A DNA stretch of 37,219 nucleotides, taken from assembly GCA_030667885.1 (NCBI GenBank), contig DAOUVA010000001.1, forward strand, positions 1 to 37,219, given 5' to 3'. This document shows, piece after piece, positions 17,916-27,169 of this stretch. The stretch's first letter is position 1; each line of letters starts with the position of its first letter. The notes under the pieces were generated by a model, which did not search any database, was not told where the DNA came from, and was given only the letters and a program-made list of their open reading frames with translations. The stretch comes from Phycisphaerae bacterium (GTDB lineage: Bacteria; Planctomycetota; Phycisphaerae; Sedimentisphaerales; Anaerobacaceae). The translations under genes and the position numbers were made by a program.

Positions 17916-18050
17916 ATTGTTTTACGATTATTTCTCTTTTAGATGTGAATAGTACACGATTGGAAGTAAAAACTAAAAGGTAAAAACCAGAAAAAAAAGC
18001 AACCTCATAAGAATGCCCATTGCTTGATGGCTAAATGGCAACCTTATCTT

Positions 18051-18071
18051 GGCCGAGCGGGGGCTCGGGCC
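18051..18071 (-). terminator. GC-rich stem-loop downstream of the pseudopilin-like gene (possible terminator or attenuator; no U-tract)
   Basis: GGCCGAGC-GGGG-GCTCGGGCC forms an 8-bp stem with one bulged G. It lies about 58 nt after the stop at 18129 and upstream of lon. It lacks a trailing T-run on the minus strand. Confidence 0.3.
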
Positions 18072-18128
18072 AATGAAACTTATTCCTGCAATTTCTGGCA
18101 AGCTTGTAATATAAGCCGTCAATAAAGT

Positions 18129-19511
18129 TTATTGTGGAATCTCTTCATAAGAGGCCGGGTTATACGTTAGTATGCGGTGAGTATCAAAGCCGGCCGGGAC
18201 TGTGATATTGGCTGACCGGTCGAAATTAAGTGTTGCATTACCTTCTATTACTGTCGGATTGTCGGAGTAATTAAGAATCGTGCCCTCAATCATGGCACTT
18301 ACATTACCGGAGAAGTGTACGCCGCTTACCGCCATAACTCCGCTTAAGGCGGAGAAATTGCCGTCAAAAGCTACAGAAAAGGCCGGGGCCAGTATTGAAG
18401 AGCCCTCTTCCTGTCGGATTGCGTCAAACTGAACTCCTGCTGGAACGGGATTAGTCGCAAAATTACCGAGGAAGGAAATGCTGTTGTTTGGCCCGGCAAA
18501 GTTTGGATCACCCTCACCCACTATCATGCCTTGGGAGTCGACGTTTCCGTTAAATGTGACAATATTAGGCTGTTCGATGTACAAAATACCTTCTATTATG
18601 ATATTGCCATCAAAGTTAGGGTCAGTTCCTGCTTCAATTGTCGTGTTTGTTAAGGTCATACTATTAGTGGTGTCGGTTGATGAATCAATCGTACTGCCTG
18701 TAGCATACTGTTGGAAATGCTGCGTGTCTGGTATAGGGAATTGTGGAGGCTCAGCACCAATGGTTATGTGGTTATCTATTGCTGTTTGGCCTGTATCGCC
18801 GGCTATTTGTACGGCGCCCATTAGGGCAACATTGGCAATCGGGTTGGCGACACTGATATTGCCGTCAAAACTTGTGTTGCCGGTAACAAGCATAGCGAGA
18901 TTGTTGTTGTTGCTTTCAATAAAGATATCTGCCTCGTCATTGGAATTTACGCCATTTACAGTTGGATTGCCGAGAAAGTGTACAGGTCCTTTTGTGGCTA
19001 TTCCGAAATCAAAGATAGGATATTCGTAGGGTTGAATATTGTATTGAACTCTTATAGTACGTGTTATGTCAGCACCGCCTATGGATGAAAGCTGCAAAAT
19101 TTCTGCGTTATTGGGATCAATAAGAATTTCACCCTCAAAGGCTTGTCCAGTTGCAGAGTCCAGTGGAACAGGGGGTATTGTGCCATTATTATAAACCGTG
19201 ACATTCGTAATACTGTTGGCAGACAGGTCGGTTTGAAGAGTGCCGACTATTGTTCCGAAATAATCAGATTGTAGGGTCGAACTTGGAAATTCGACACGGT
19301 TAAGCCAGTATCTCATAGCTTCCAGGCCGGATTCGGTGCTGGCTATTGCAGAGCCAACCTTGTGATGGTTTGAGGCAAGCTGGGCGTTGGTGCCGGACAT
19401 AGTGGCCATTGAGACGGCTAAAGCAGAAAATATAAGCACAAATATCATCGATATGATGAGTACTGCGCCACGGCGATCTTGCTGTGCTGATTTCTTTTTT
19501 GCAGGTGCCAT
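18129..19511 (-). CDS. PilX/GspK-like minor pseudopilin N-terminus fused to an Asn/Gly/Thr-rich predicted beta-solenoid; function unknown
   Basis: 460-aa ORF with GGGGGGA Shine-Dalgarno 7 nt upstream. The N-terminus KKKSAQQDRRGAVLIISMIFVLIFSALAVSMATM, followed by A..ESGLEAM, resembles PilX_N/GspK and lacks a prepilin G/FTLxE site. The remainder has recurring units: FLGNPTVNG, SFDGNISV, NFDGNIIIEG, TFNGNVDSQG, FLGNFATN, AFDGNFSAL, HFSGNVSAM, IEGNATLNF. Confidence 0.7.
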   Translation of the reverse strand: MAPAKKKSAQQDRRGAVLIISMIFVLIFSALAVSMATMSGTNAQLASNHHKVGSAIASTESGLEAMRYWLNRVEFPSSTLQSDYFGTIVGTLQTDLSANSITNVTVYNNGTIPPVPLDSATGQAFEGEILIDPNNAEILQLSSIGGADITRTIRVQYNIQPYEYPIFDFGIATKGPVHFLGNPTVNGVNSNDEADIFIESNNNNLAMLVTGNTSFDGNISVANPIANVALMGAVQIAGDTGQTAIDNHITIGAEPPQFPIPDTQHFQQYATGSTIDSSTDTTNSMTLTNTTIEAGTDPNFDGNIIIEGILYIEQPNIVTFNGNVDSQGMIVGEGDPNFAGPNNSISFLGNFATNPVPAGVQFDAIRQEEGSSILAPAFSVAFDGNFSALSGVMAVSGVHFSGNVSAMIEGTILNYSDNPTVIEGNATLNFDRSANITVPAGFDTHRILTYNPASYEEIPQ

Positions 19512-19577
19512 TTTTCATCCCCCCGGAAAATACACTGCGTTTAAGAAATTGTACAAACTTCTCTATAACCTGATTAA

Positions 19578-19606
19578 AGTATAAGAAATATGACAGATAA
19601 AGACAA
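19578..19606 (-). promoter_or_regulatory. Candidate promoter for the pseudopilin-like gene (TTGTCT-17 nt-TATACT)
   Basis: Minus strand reads TTGTCT (19606-19601), a 17-nt spacer, then TATACT (19583-19578). It sits between the lipA stop (19683) and the ATG at 19511. Confidence 0.3.
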
Positions 19607-19682
19607 AACGGCTGACCTGAATAATGCTGAAAAAGCGTTTTTGATGTCCGATATAAACATCTATATTGAAGTTAAAACGTGG

Positions 19683-20555
19683 CTATAAAGTATTTTCCTG
19701 TTCCGCAAAGTACGAACTGCGGGCGAACGGTGAAGATATAACCCAGCGAAATCCTAATTCGATTGCTTTTCGCTTCCAGAAATCGAATTTGTCGGGCGTT
19801 ATGTATTCAACAACTTCGAGTGAATTTTTTGATGGTTTTAGATATTGGCCGATGGTGAGTCTTTGGCAGCCTGTATTATACAGGTCTTTCAGGACCTGCT
19901 CGACCTCATCGTCGGTTTCTCCTAATCCGAGCATAATTGAGGATTTTGTTTGGATATTATCGGAGCATTCTTTTGCCATTTTGAGCAAATTCAGTGACCG
20001 CTGATAGTTTCCGCCTTTCCTGGCTATTTTGTAAAGCGATGGAACTGTTTCAACATTGTGGGCGAAGACAAAAGGTAAAGCTGTACATAGGATTTTCAAC
20101 GCCTGTCTTTGGTAGTTACGAAAGTCGGGCGTTAGTATTTCAAATTTCATATCCGGACAATGTTGTCTTACCTCTTTAATGCAATCGCAAAAGTGGCCTG
20201 CACCTCCATCCGGTAAATCATCTCGATTTACACTTGTAATCACGAGGTATTTCAATTTCATTTGCTCTGCCATCCGGGCCAGGCGAAGTGGCTCGGTAAT
20301 ATCCGGCGGTTCGGGTTTACCGCAGGCTACCGAACAAAATTTGCAGTTTCGAGTGCATACCTTGCCTAAAATCAGAACAGTTGCTGTGCCTCTTGTCCAG
20401 CACTGACCTTGATTCGGGCAGTTTGCGCTACGGCATATAGTTTCCAGCCCCTGAGAGTCGAGAATCTTCCGGGTATGATGGAAAGCAGCATCTGACGGCA
20501 GGGGCCTTCGCAGCCAGGGTGGCAGTTTTCGTCGCTTGGATTCAGTGTTTAACAT
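19683..20555 (-). CDS. lipA: Lipoyl synthase
   Basis: Auxiliary cluster motif CRSANCPNQGQC and radical-SAM motif CTRNCKFC, with a typical length of 290 aa. Confidence 0.96.
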   Translation of the reverse strand: MLNTESKRRKLPPWLRRPLPSDAAFHHTRKILDSQGLETICRSANCPNQGQCWTRGTATVLILGKVCTRNCKFCSVACGKPEPPDITEPLRLARMAEQMKLKYLVITSVNRDDLPDGGAGHFCDCIKEVRQHCPDMKFEILTPDFRNYQRQALKILCTALPFVFAHNVETVPSLYKIARKGGNYQRSLNLLKMAKECSDNIQTKSSIMLGLGETDDEVEQVLKDLYNTGCQRLTIGQYLKPSKNSLEVVEYITPDKFDFWKRKAIELGFRWVISSPFARSSYFAEQENTL

Positions 20556-20568
20556 TTTCTTTTTTATC

Positions 20569-21243
20569 TTACGAAAAATGCCTTATAAGCAGTTGAGATA
20601 ATCTTTCTTTTGCCTGCCTCATTGAACAGTGTTTGCCGGTCTGTTTGAGGACAGATGACATTTCCACGCCGTCGAGGCCGCAGGGGATAAGAAAATCGAA
20701 AATACTCAGGTCGTTTTTAATGTTTATTGCCATACCATGATAGGTTATAAATTTAGAGACACGTACGCCGATAGAGGCGATTTTTTTTTCAGCGACCCAC
20801 AGACCAGGCAAGCCTTTCTTCCTTTCAGCATGGACACCGAATTGCTCTAATAATTCGGCACCTATTGATTCCAGCTTTCTGATATATTCGCTGATTCCAA
20901 GGTTAAGCTCCTGCAAATTTAATATCGGATAAAAGACCAACTGGCCCGGGTTGTGTGCTGTTGTGCCGCCGCCCCTGCGGATATCGACGATGTCGATATA
21001 TTTTTGTGCTAAATCATCTCTGGTAGCTAATAATATATTGGCACTTTGCCGGGCGCCGAGAGTAATGACAGGAGGGTGCTCAACTATTAAAACGGTGTTT
21101 TGTATTTCACCAAGGCGTCTTTTCTCTTGCATTTGGTGCTGTAGCTGCAGGATTTCTCTATAATCAGCAAGCCCGCAGTCAATAATACGAAGAGAATTCA
21201 CGAATTTCGATTCACAAATCTCAGATGTAGATTGTTCTAACAT
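20569..21243 (-). CDS. lipB: Lipoyl(octanoyl) transferase
   Basis: RRGGGTTAHNPGQLVFYP and IPCGL motifs characteristic of LipB. It sits directly upstream of lipA. Confidence 0.92.
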   Translation of the reverse strand: MLEQSTSEICESKFVNSLRIIDCGLADYREILQLQHQMQEKRRLGEIQNTVLIVEHPPVITLGARQSANILLATRDDLAQKYIDIVDIRRGGGTTAHNPGQLVFYPILNLQELNLGISEYIRKLESIGAELLEQFGVHAERKKGLPGLWVAEKKIASIGVRVSKFITYHGMAINIKNDLSIFDFLIPCGLDGVEMSSVLKQTGKHCSMRQAKERLSQLLIRHFS

Positions 21244-21253
21244 GCGTATTCGG

Positions 21254-22639
21254 TTATGCCTTTGGCGGGTTGTGCAGACTCAGGCCGAAGGCGTCTTCGA
21301 CGGCTTCCTTGAGCACCTCTGAAACGGTTGGATGAGGGAAGCTTATCTCTGTGATTTTTTCAGTGCTGCCAATAAGTGTTCTTGCTGTGCCTATCATTTC
21401 TGTAACCATAGAGCCGACCATTGTAACTCCGATGATTTTGTTGGTTGAGTTGTCCCGTACGACTCTTATTTCGCCGATGGTTTCATTGTGTGACACACTT
21501 CGGCCGTTGGCTTTGAAGAACGACCTTCCGACAGAGACGTCGAGGCCCTGATCTATGCACTTCTCTTCACCTTTACCAACGGATGCAATTTCGGGGAACG
21601 TATAAACAGCGCGTGGGATAAGCGAGTAGTCGGCTATATTTTCATCACCTCCCGTGGCATTGACTGCGGCAACCTCGGCCTCTGCGAAGGCGCCGTGGGC
21701 TAAATAGGTAGTGCCTACTGCATCGCCGATGGCATAAACGCCGGGGGCGTTGGTTTCTAACTTTTTATTAACCGCAATAGCAGGACCGTTCATCTGTAGA
21801 TTCAGGGCCTGGATGGTTTCCTCATCGACAATTGCTCTTCGGCCCACGGAGACGAGCACTTTTTCGGCGTCGATTGTTTGGCCGCTTTCGAGCGACACTT
21901 TTGCAGCGGTACCGGTTGAGTCAACTGAGGTTACTTTCTGGCTGGTGAGCGAATTAATGCCGAGCTTTTTGAATTCGCGTTCTATGAGCCGGCCTACCCA
22001 TTGGTCTTCCATAGGAATCAATCTTGAAAGAGCTTCAACAATTGTTACTTTAGTTCCCATTGCAGCATAAACACAGGCCATTTCACAGCCGATTACTCCA
22101 CCGCCTATTATTACCATTGAGCCTGGTATCTGCTGTAAGCCAAGGGCTTCTTTACTGCTGATAACGGTTTGGCCGTCGAAAGGAACTGTCGGGATTTGGC
22201 TTGGCTGGGAGCCGGTTGCCAGGATTATTTTGCCGGCTTGTATCTGTATTGGTGCGGCGTCTGTTTCGATTTTAATTTGGTTCGGTGCTGTAACGACGGC
22301 TCTGCCTTGTATTATTTCCACTTTGTGGCTTTTTATTAAGCCTGTCAGGCCTTTTCGAAAGCCACCTACTACGGCATCCTTTCTTGCCTGGACTTTCGGC
22401 CAGTTGGCAGTGGCTGCATTGACGTCAATACCCATCATTGCAGCATTTTTAATCAATAATAGTGTGTGGGCCGAAGCAAGCAATGTCTTCGACGGGATAC
22501 ATCCGCGATTCAGGCATGTACCGCCAATACAATCTTTTTCGACTACTGCTACAGAAGCACCCCTTTGAGCACATCTAATAGCGGCGGCATAACCACCCGG
22601 GCCGCTGCCGATTACTACAACATTAAAACTTTCAGCCAT
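21254..22639 (-). CDS. lpdA: Dihydrolipoyl dehydrogenase (E3)
   Basis: FAD motif GSGPGGY, redox-active disulfide GGTCLNRGCIPSK, NAD motif GGGVIGCE, and C-terminal HPTVSE interface motif. Confidence 0.95.
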   Translation of the reverse strand: MAESFNVVVIGSGPGGYAAAIRCAQRGASVAVVEKDCIGGTCLNRGCIPSKTLLASAHTLLLIKNAAMMGIDVNAATANWPKVQARKDAVVGGFRKGLTGLIKSHKVEIIQGRAVVTAPNQIKIETDAAPIQIQAGKIILATGSQPSQIPTVPFDGQTVISSKEALGLQQIPGSMVIIGGGVIGCEMACVYAAMGTKVTIVEALSRLIPMEDQWVGRLIEREFKKLGINSLTSQKVTSVDSTGTAAKVSLESGQTIDAEKVLVSVGRRAIVDEETIQALNLQMNGPAIAVNKKLETNAPGVYAIGDAVGTTYLAHGAFAEAEVAAVNATGGDENIADYSLIPRAVYTFPEIASVGKGEEKCIDQGLDVSVGRSFFKANGRSVSHNETIGEIRVVRDNSTNKIIGVTMVGSMVTEMIGTARTLIGSTEKITEISFPHPTVSEVLKEAVEDAFGLSLHNPPKA

Positions 22640-22690
22640 TATTTGAGTTCCTTTTATTACAGTATCTGTTTTGAAATATCAATGGATAGT

Positions 22691-24280
22691 CTAAGCAGGA
22701 CGATAAGGGTTATTTTGAGGATTATACCATGAAAAGAGCTGGTCGTGCAATTGATTTCGCATCTTTTTGAGACTTGGGTCGTTTATACGGTTGATGAATT
22801 CGCCCGGGTCGGCCTCGTGGTCGTACAATTCATTTGTTGAGCCGTGGTTGAAAATATACTTATAACGCCGGGTGCGAATCATATATTCGCAGGTTTTGTT
22901 CCTTAAATTATATTCACTAAACGCCGCCGACGGCCCTTTCGTATCAGGTTTTCGCAGAATATTGGCAAAGCTGGCTGCATCCATCTTGGCTGGTGCTCCC
23001 CGCATATCGAGTAGTGTTGTCTTTTCTGGTGGTTTTAGCCCGGTCAACTCGACTAATGTTGGATATAGGCCGAAGTATTCAGTTAATGCAGCGGTTACTT
23101 TGTTCTGGGGCAGATGGTTCGGGTAGCTTACAATCAACGGCACTTTAACGGACGGCTCAAATAGACAAAACTTTTGATATAGCCCGTGGTCGCCATCCAT
23201 CTCACCGTGGTCGGAAGTGTATATAACTATGGTATTATTAAGCAGTCCTTCTTTTTCGAGTGCCTTGTACACGTATCCTACACATGTGTCAACGAAGGCG
23301 AGGTTTCCGAGGTAGCCTGCCCGATGTGCTTGCTGGCGTTTTTGGCCTTGTGCTCTCATATTTTTAATACGCCGCTGGATGTGTGATGGATATTTGGATA
23401 TATCGCCGACTTCCGGGAGCTTCATCTTATCGACGGGATATTTTTCGGCCCATTGCCTCGGGGGATAGAAAGGGGAATGTGGTTTCATAAAACTGGTGAG
23501 CAAAAAGAACGGTTGCCGGCGATACCTGGTTATGAACTTGGCTGCCTCGCGAGCTATAAACATATCCAGATGGTCTTCGGCATCAAGTTTTGAGGCCATG
23601 CTGTCAAAGTTGTATTTTTCGACATTTCCAACCCATGGGCTTCCGCTGGGCCATAATCCATCAATATCAGGCAGGCCGGCACCACTATCATCCACTGTTT
23701 TGAAAAAGTGCTGCCCCATCGGATGGTTGGCAATTTCATTTGCGTAGTGCTGTACTTTTGGGCCCAAATACATCAGCCAGTCGTTAATGGACATATAATA
23801 TTCAAAGCCGTGATTGTGGGCATTTGCAAAGTGCATCTTCCCGATTAAAGCGGTCAGATAACCGTTTTCGGCGAAATGATGAGCCATCGTACGGTAGCGC
23901 CAGTCAAGCTGGTTGGTATTGGTTATTGCGCCGGTGCTGTGTGCGTACAGTCCGGTCAGCAAAGCCATTCTTGAGGCTACGCAGACCGGGTAAGGACAAT
24001 AAGCATTTGTGAACCTGACGCCGCGCGAGGCAATGAGGTCGATATTTGGTGTTGGAACCAGGTCTCGACCGGCACAGGTCATCATATCCGCTCGATGCTG
24101 GTCTGTCATAATGAAAAGAATGTTAGGCTTGTTGGGATTTGAAGATGAATGGGAATCCGGCAAAGCTTTCGTAGAGTCATATGTTTTAGTTTCTGCGGCC
24201 TTACAACCGAGGAATGTCGAAGCTGCTCCCAGTCCGGCGGTTTGCAGAAATTCCCTTCTCCTGAGATTGTATTTTTTCAT
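22691..24280 (-). CDS. Formylglycine-dependent sulfatase (S1 family) with C-x-A-x-R active-site variant, Tat-exported
   Basis: RRREFLQTAGLGAAS Tat signal followed by FLGC, PNILFIMTDQHR, and active-site CVASR (codons at 23969-23983) in PVCVASRMALLTG. Confidence 0.9.
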   Translation of the reverse strand: MKKYNLRRREFLQTAGLGAASTFLGCKAAETKTYDSTKALPDSHSSSNPNKPNILFIMTDQHRADMMTCAGRDLVPTPNIDLIASRGVRFTNAYCPYPVCVASRMALLTGLYAHSTGAITNTNQLDWRYRTMAHHFAENGYLTALIGKMHFANAHNHGFEYYMSINDWLMYLGPKVQHYANEIANHPMGQHFFKTVDDSGAGLPDIDGLWPSGSPWVGNVEKYNFDSMASKLDAEDHLDMFIAREAAKFITRYRRQPFFLLTSFMKPHSPFYPPRQWAEKYPVDKMKLPEVGDISKYPSHIQRRIKNMRAQGQKRQQAHRAGYLGNLAFVDTCVGYVYKALEKEGLLNNTIVIYTSDHGEMDGDHGLYQKFCLFEPSVKVPLIVSYPNHLPQNKVTAALTEYFGLYPTLVELTGLKPPEKTTLLDMRGAPAKMDAASFANILRKPDTKGPSAAFSEYNLRNKTCEYMIRTRRYKYIFNHGSTNELYDHEADPGEFINRINDPSLKKMRNQLHDQLFSWYNPQNNPYRPA

Positions 24281-24300
24281 AAGAATTTACTCTTACAAGA

Positions 24301-25704
24301 TTATTTTCGTTGCCGACGGCCCCATTCGTGTGCCCTTGCCGGGTCGTAATCCGGATTCGGTGTGGGCATTTTAGCGTCAACCGAATCTCTCCATGCGGCG
24401 AGCTTTTTCTGTAGCTGGATGGCTTTTTTGGGCAGTTTTGTTGCGAGATTACGTTTTTCCGAGATATCTCGTTTAAGATTGTAAAGCTCGAGCCGGCCAT
24501 CCTCATAGAACTCGATTAGCTTGAAGTTTCCCTCTCGAATTACACCGGCTGGTCTGGAGTGATGATAATGCGGGTAGTGCCAGTATATCGCATTGCGTTT
24601 GAGTGTGCCGGTCCGCTTTAGTAACGGGAGGATGCTTTCGCCGTCGAGTACATGAGATGGATTACCTTTAGCTGAGACAATCTCTAAGAAGGACGGATAG
24701 AAATCGACACTAGTAACAGGGGTACTGCAGATGGTTGACGGTTTGACTACGCCAGGCCAGCGAACAATCAGCGGTTCGCGGATTCCGCCTTCGTAAAGAG
24801 TTCCCTTTTCGCCGCGAAGCGGTTCGTTAGTTGAAACAGGCTCTCTGTTGCCCTGATATCCGCCATAGGCCTGATATAATCCACCGTTATCTGAGAAGAA
24901 AATAACAATGGTTCGTTCGGCAAGATTCAATTCGTCGAGCTTCTTTATTATCCGGCCGATACTGTTGTCCAAGTGTTCGACCATAGCTGCATAGGTTGGA
25001 TTATTGACGCCGGTTGGCGGCTTTGCTTTGTTTTGATATTTGTCGATAAGTTCCTGTGGAGCTTCCAATGGGATGTGCACAGTGTTGTGTGACAGATGGA
25101 TGAAAAACGGTTTATCTGAGTTGGTCTGGATGAATTTGATGGCGTTGTCGGTGAAAGACGTAACTCGTTTGTCGTTGCGATTGGTGCCTCCTTGAATTGC
25201 CATATCGAAGCCCTGGTGTTCAGGGAAATAGTCCCTTCCGCCGAGATGCCACTTTCCGATGTGGGCTGTGGCGTAGCCCTGTTCTTTAAGGGCTTCGGGG
25301 ATAGTAATTGCTTCGAGCGGTAACTGCAGCCGGTTTTGTGGAACAATGAGTTTTTCCCATGGCCGCCAATGACCCGGTATGAAATCTGTAACGCCTACCC
25401 GTGCCGGATACTGGCCTGCGAGGATGCTGACGCGAGTTGGTGAGCAAACGGGGCAGGCGGCGTATGCATCAGTAAAGCGCATTCCTTCTTTAGCCAACCG
25501 GTCGATATTGGGAGTTTCGTGAAACTTACTGCCATAGCAGCCTATGTCTGTCCAGCCCATATCATCTATAAGTATGAAAACGATGTTTGGTTTTTGGTAT
25601 GCTTGATTAGTGGTTGAGAGTTGTTTAGAGTTGGCTATGCAGCTCGGCAAAGCCAGCGATGCGGCACCTAATCCCACGGATTTCAAAAAAACACGGCGAT
25701 TCAT
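24301..25704 (-). CDS. Formylglycine-dependent sulfatase (arylsulfatase A-like, S1 family), Tat-exported
   Basis: MNRRVFLKSVGLGAASLALPSC signal, PNIVFILIDDMGW, and CSPTR motif (VCSPTRVSILAGQYP). Only 20 nt separates it from the downstream sulfatase. Confidence 0.92.
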   Translation of the reverse strand: MNRRVFLKSVGLGAASLALPSCIANSKQLSTTNQAYQKPNIVFILIDDMGWTDIGCYGSKFHETPNIDRLAKEGMRFTDAYAACPVCSPTRVSILAGQYPARVGVTDFIPGHWRPWEKLIVPQNRLQLPLEAITIPEALKEQGYATAHIGKWHLGGRDYFPEHQGFDMAIQGGTNRNDKRVTSFTDNAIKFIQTNSDKPFFIHLSHNTVHIPLEAPQELIDKYQNKAKPPTGVNNPTYAAMVEHLDNSIGRIIKKLDELNLAERTIVIFFSDNGGLYQAYGGYQGNREPVSTNEPLRGEKGTLYEGGIREPLIVRWPGVVKPSTICSTPVTSVDFYPSFLEIVSAKGNPSHVLDGESILPLLKRTGTLKRNAIYWHYPHYHHSRPAGVIREGNFKLIEFYEDGRLELYNLKRDISEKRNLATKLPKKAIQLQKKLAAWRDSVDAKMPTPNPDYDPARAHEWGRRQRK

Positions 25705-25748
25705 AAAAATCTCCTTCCGACATGCTCAATAAAAATAATACGCTATTT

Positions 25749-26966
25749 TCAGAGCTTAAAGTAATCTGTTGCTATTTGGTTTATATAATCACCGATAGCC
25801 AGTGATGCAGTCGCGGCCGGCGAGGGTGCATTTAATACATGGATACAATTTCTATGTTTTTCAATCCTGAAATCATCGATCAGTTCGCCGTTCGGCCCAA
25901 GGGCCTGGGCCCGCACACCTGCCTTGCCTGGCTTTATATCATCGAGGCCAAGTGAAGGAATAAGTCTTTGCAATTGCTGAAGGAATGATTTTTTTGAAAA
26001 CGCCCGTTTGTATTCTCCCAGCCCGTATTTCCAGTGCTCCAACAACATTTTCCAAAGACCGGGATAAGTTAAAGCGTCCCATGTGTCTCTCAGGCTAAAA
26101 TCTGTTTTGTCATAACCTTCTCTTTTGAACGAAAAGACCGCATTTGGACCGCATTCGACTTTCCCATTAACCATTCGTGTGAAATGAACGCCAAGGAAGG
26201 GGAAATCCGGATTTGGGACGGGATATATCAGGTTTTTGACTTTTTCTGAGGCCTCTTCCGTCAGTTCGTAATAATCACCACGGAAGGGAACTATCCTGAT
26301 CGCAGTGTCTAATACGTCCATTTTTGCTATTCTGTCGGACTGAAGTCCCGCACAGTTGATAATATACTTTGCACCGAAAGCCTTTCTGTTTGTTAGAACT
26401 TTTGTATAGAAATCGTGTTTATCGAAGCCTATTACCTTATGCGAGATCAGAACTTTGTTTTGTCCCTTTTTCTCTATCAACTTGGCCAGCTTGTTTGCTA
26501 CCCGTACAAAATCAATAACTCCAGTGCAGGGTACTCGTATTCCTTCTATGCCGGAGCAGAACGGCTCAATTTGCTTTATTTCATCCGAGCCGATTTTTTC
26601 AATGCCTTCTATGTTGTTCTTCTGGCCGTTTTGGAAAATCTTTTCAAGGCTGGGTAGCTCTTTTTCCTCCGTTGCTACTATTATTTTTCCACAAATTTTG
26701 TAAGGGATTCGATATCTTTTCGCGAAAGAAACAAGTTCTTTTCGTCCTGCGGCGCAGGTTTTTGCTTTGTTTGAGCCGGGCTTATAGTACAGACCCGAAT
26801 GAATAACGCCGGAGTTATGGCCTGTTTGATGAGCTGCTAACCTATTTTCTTTTTCCAATACTGCGATGCTAATATCAGGATGGTTCAGCGTAATCTTGTA
26901 GGCCGATGCCAGGCCGACAATCCCGCCACCCACCACGACAATATCAAAATCCGTATTTCCTTTCAT
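25749..26966 (-). CDS. lhgO: L-2-hydroxyglutarate oxidase/dehydrogenase (FAD-dependent)
   Basis: DIVVVGGGIVGLA FAD fold, HQTGHNSGVIHSGLYYKPGS, RGDYY, FLGVHFTRM..G.VE.GPNAV and NAPSPAATASL. Colinear with E. coli LhgO (YgaF). Confidence 0.9.
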   Translation of the reverse strand: MKGNTDFDIVVVGGGIVGLASAYKITLNHPDISIAVLEKENRLAAHQTGHNSGVIHSGLYYKPGSNKAKTCAAGRKELVSFAKRYRIPYKICGKIIVATEEKELPSLEKIFQNGQKNNIEGIEKIGSDEIKQIEPFCSGIEGIRVPCTGVIDFVRVANKLAKLIEKKGQNKVLISHKVIGFDKHDFYTKVLTNRKAFGAKYIINCAGLQSDRIAKMDVLDTAIRIVPFRGDYYELTEEASEKVKNLIYPVPNPDFPFLGVHFTRMVNGKVECGPNAVFSFKREGYDKTDFSLRDTWDALTYPGLWKMLLEHWKYGLGEYKRAFSKKSFLQQLQRLIPSLGLDDIKPGKAGVRAQALGPNGELIDDFRIEKHRNCIHVLNAPSPAATASLAIGDYINQIATDYFKL

Positions 26967-27169
26967 TAGAGGCGAATCCTAAAATCTTACGTCAAATTTT
27001 CAGACTTATAAAATAACTGACACCCACCAGTCCGTCAATCAAGAACCTTTTTCTTATCAAACTAATCAAATTTATGAAAACGGTGAAGGTTAGAGTTGAA
27101 CAAAATGTATAGAATCTATAAAGATCGCCTTTTCACAGCAAATGTTTGCTAACGTGTAAATTCTGTTGA

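Noticed and set aside
17973-18020. A 15-codon hydrophobic mini-ORF (MGILMRLLFFLVFTF) on the minus strand upstream of lon.
   Set aside because: It has no Shine-Dalgarno, and its composition is driven by a T-rich tract. It is most likely a chance ORF within the lon promoter/leader region.
20781-20789. A 9-nt homopolymer (T9 on plus, A9 in the lipB coding strand), and a T8 run at about 10043-10050 in a sulfatase, as possible slipped-strand phase-variation sites.
   Set aside because: They encode Lys-Lys(-Lys) runs inside intact reading frames of ordinary genes. There is no evidence of frameshifted copies, and lipB is not a plausible phase-variable gene.
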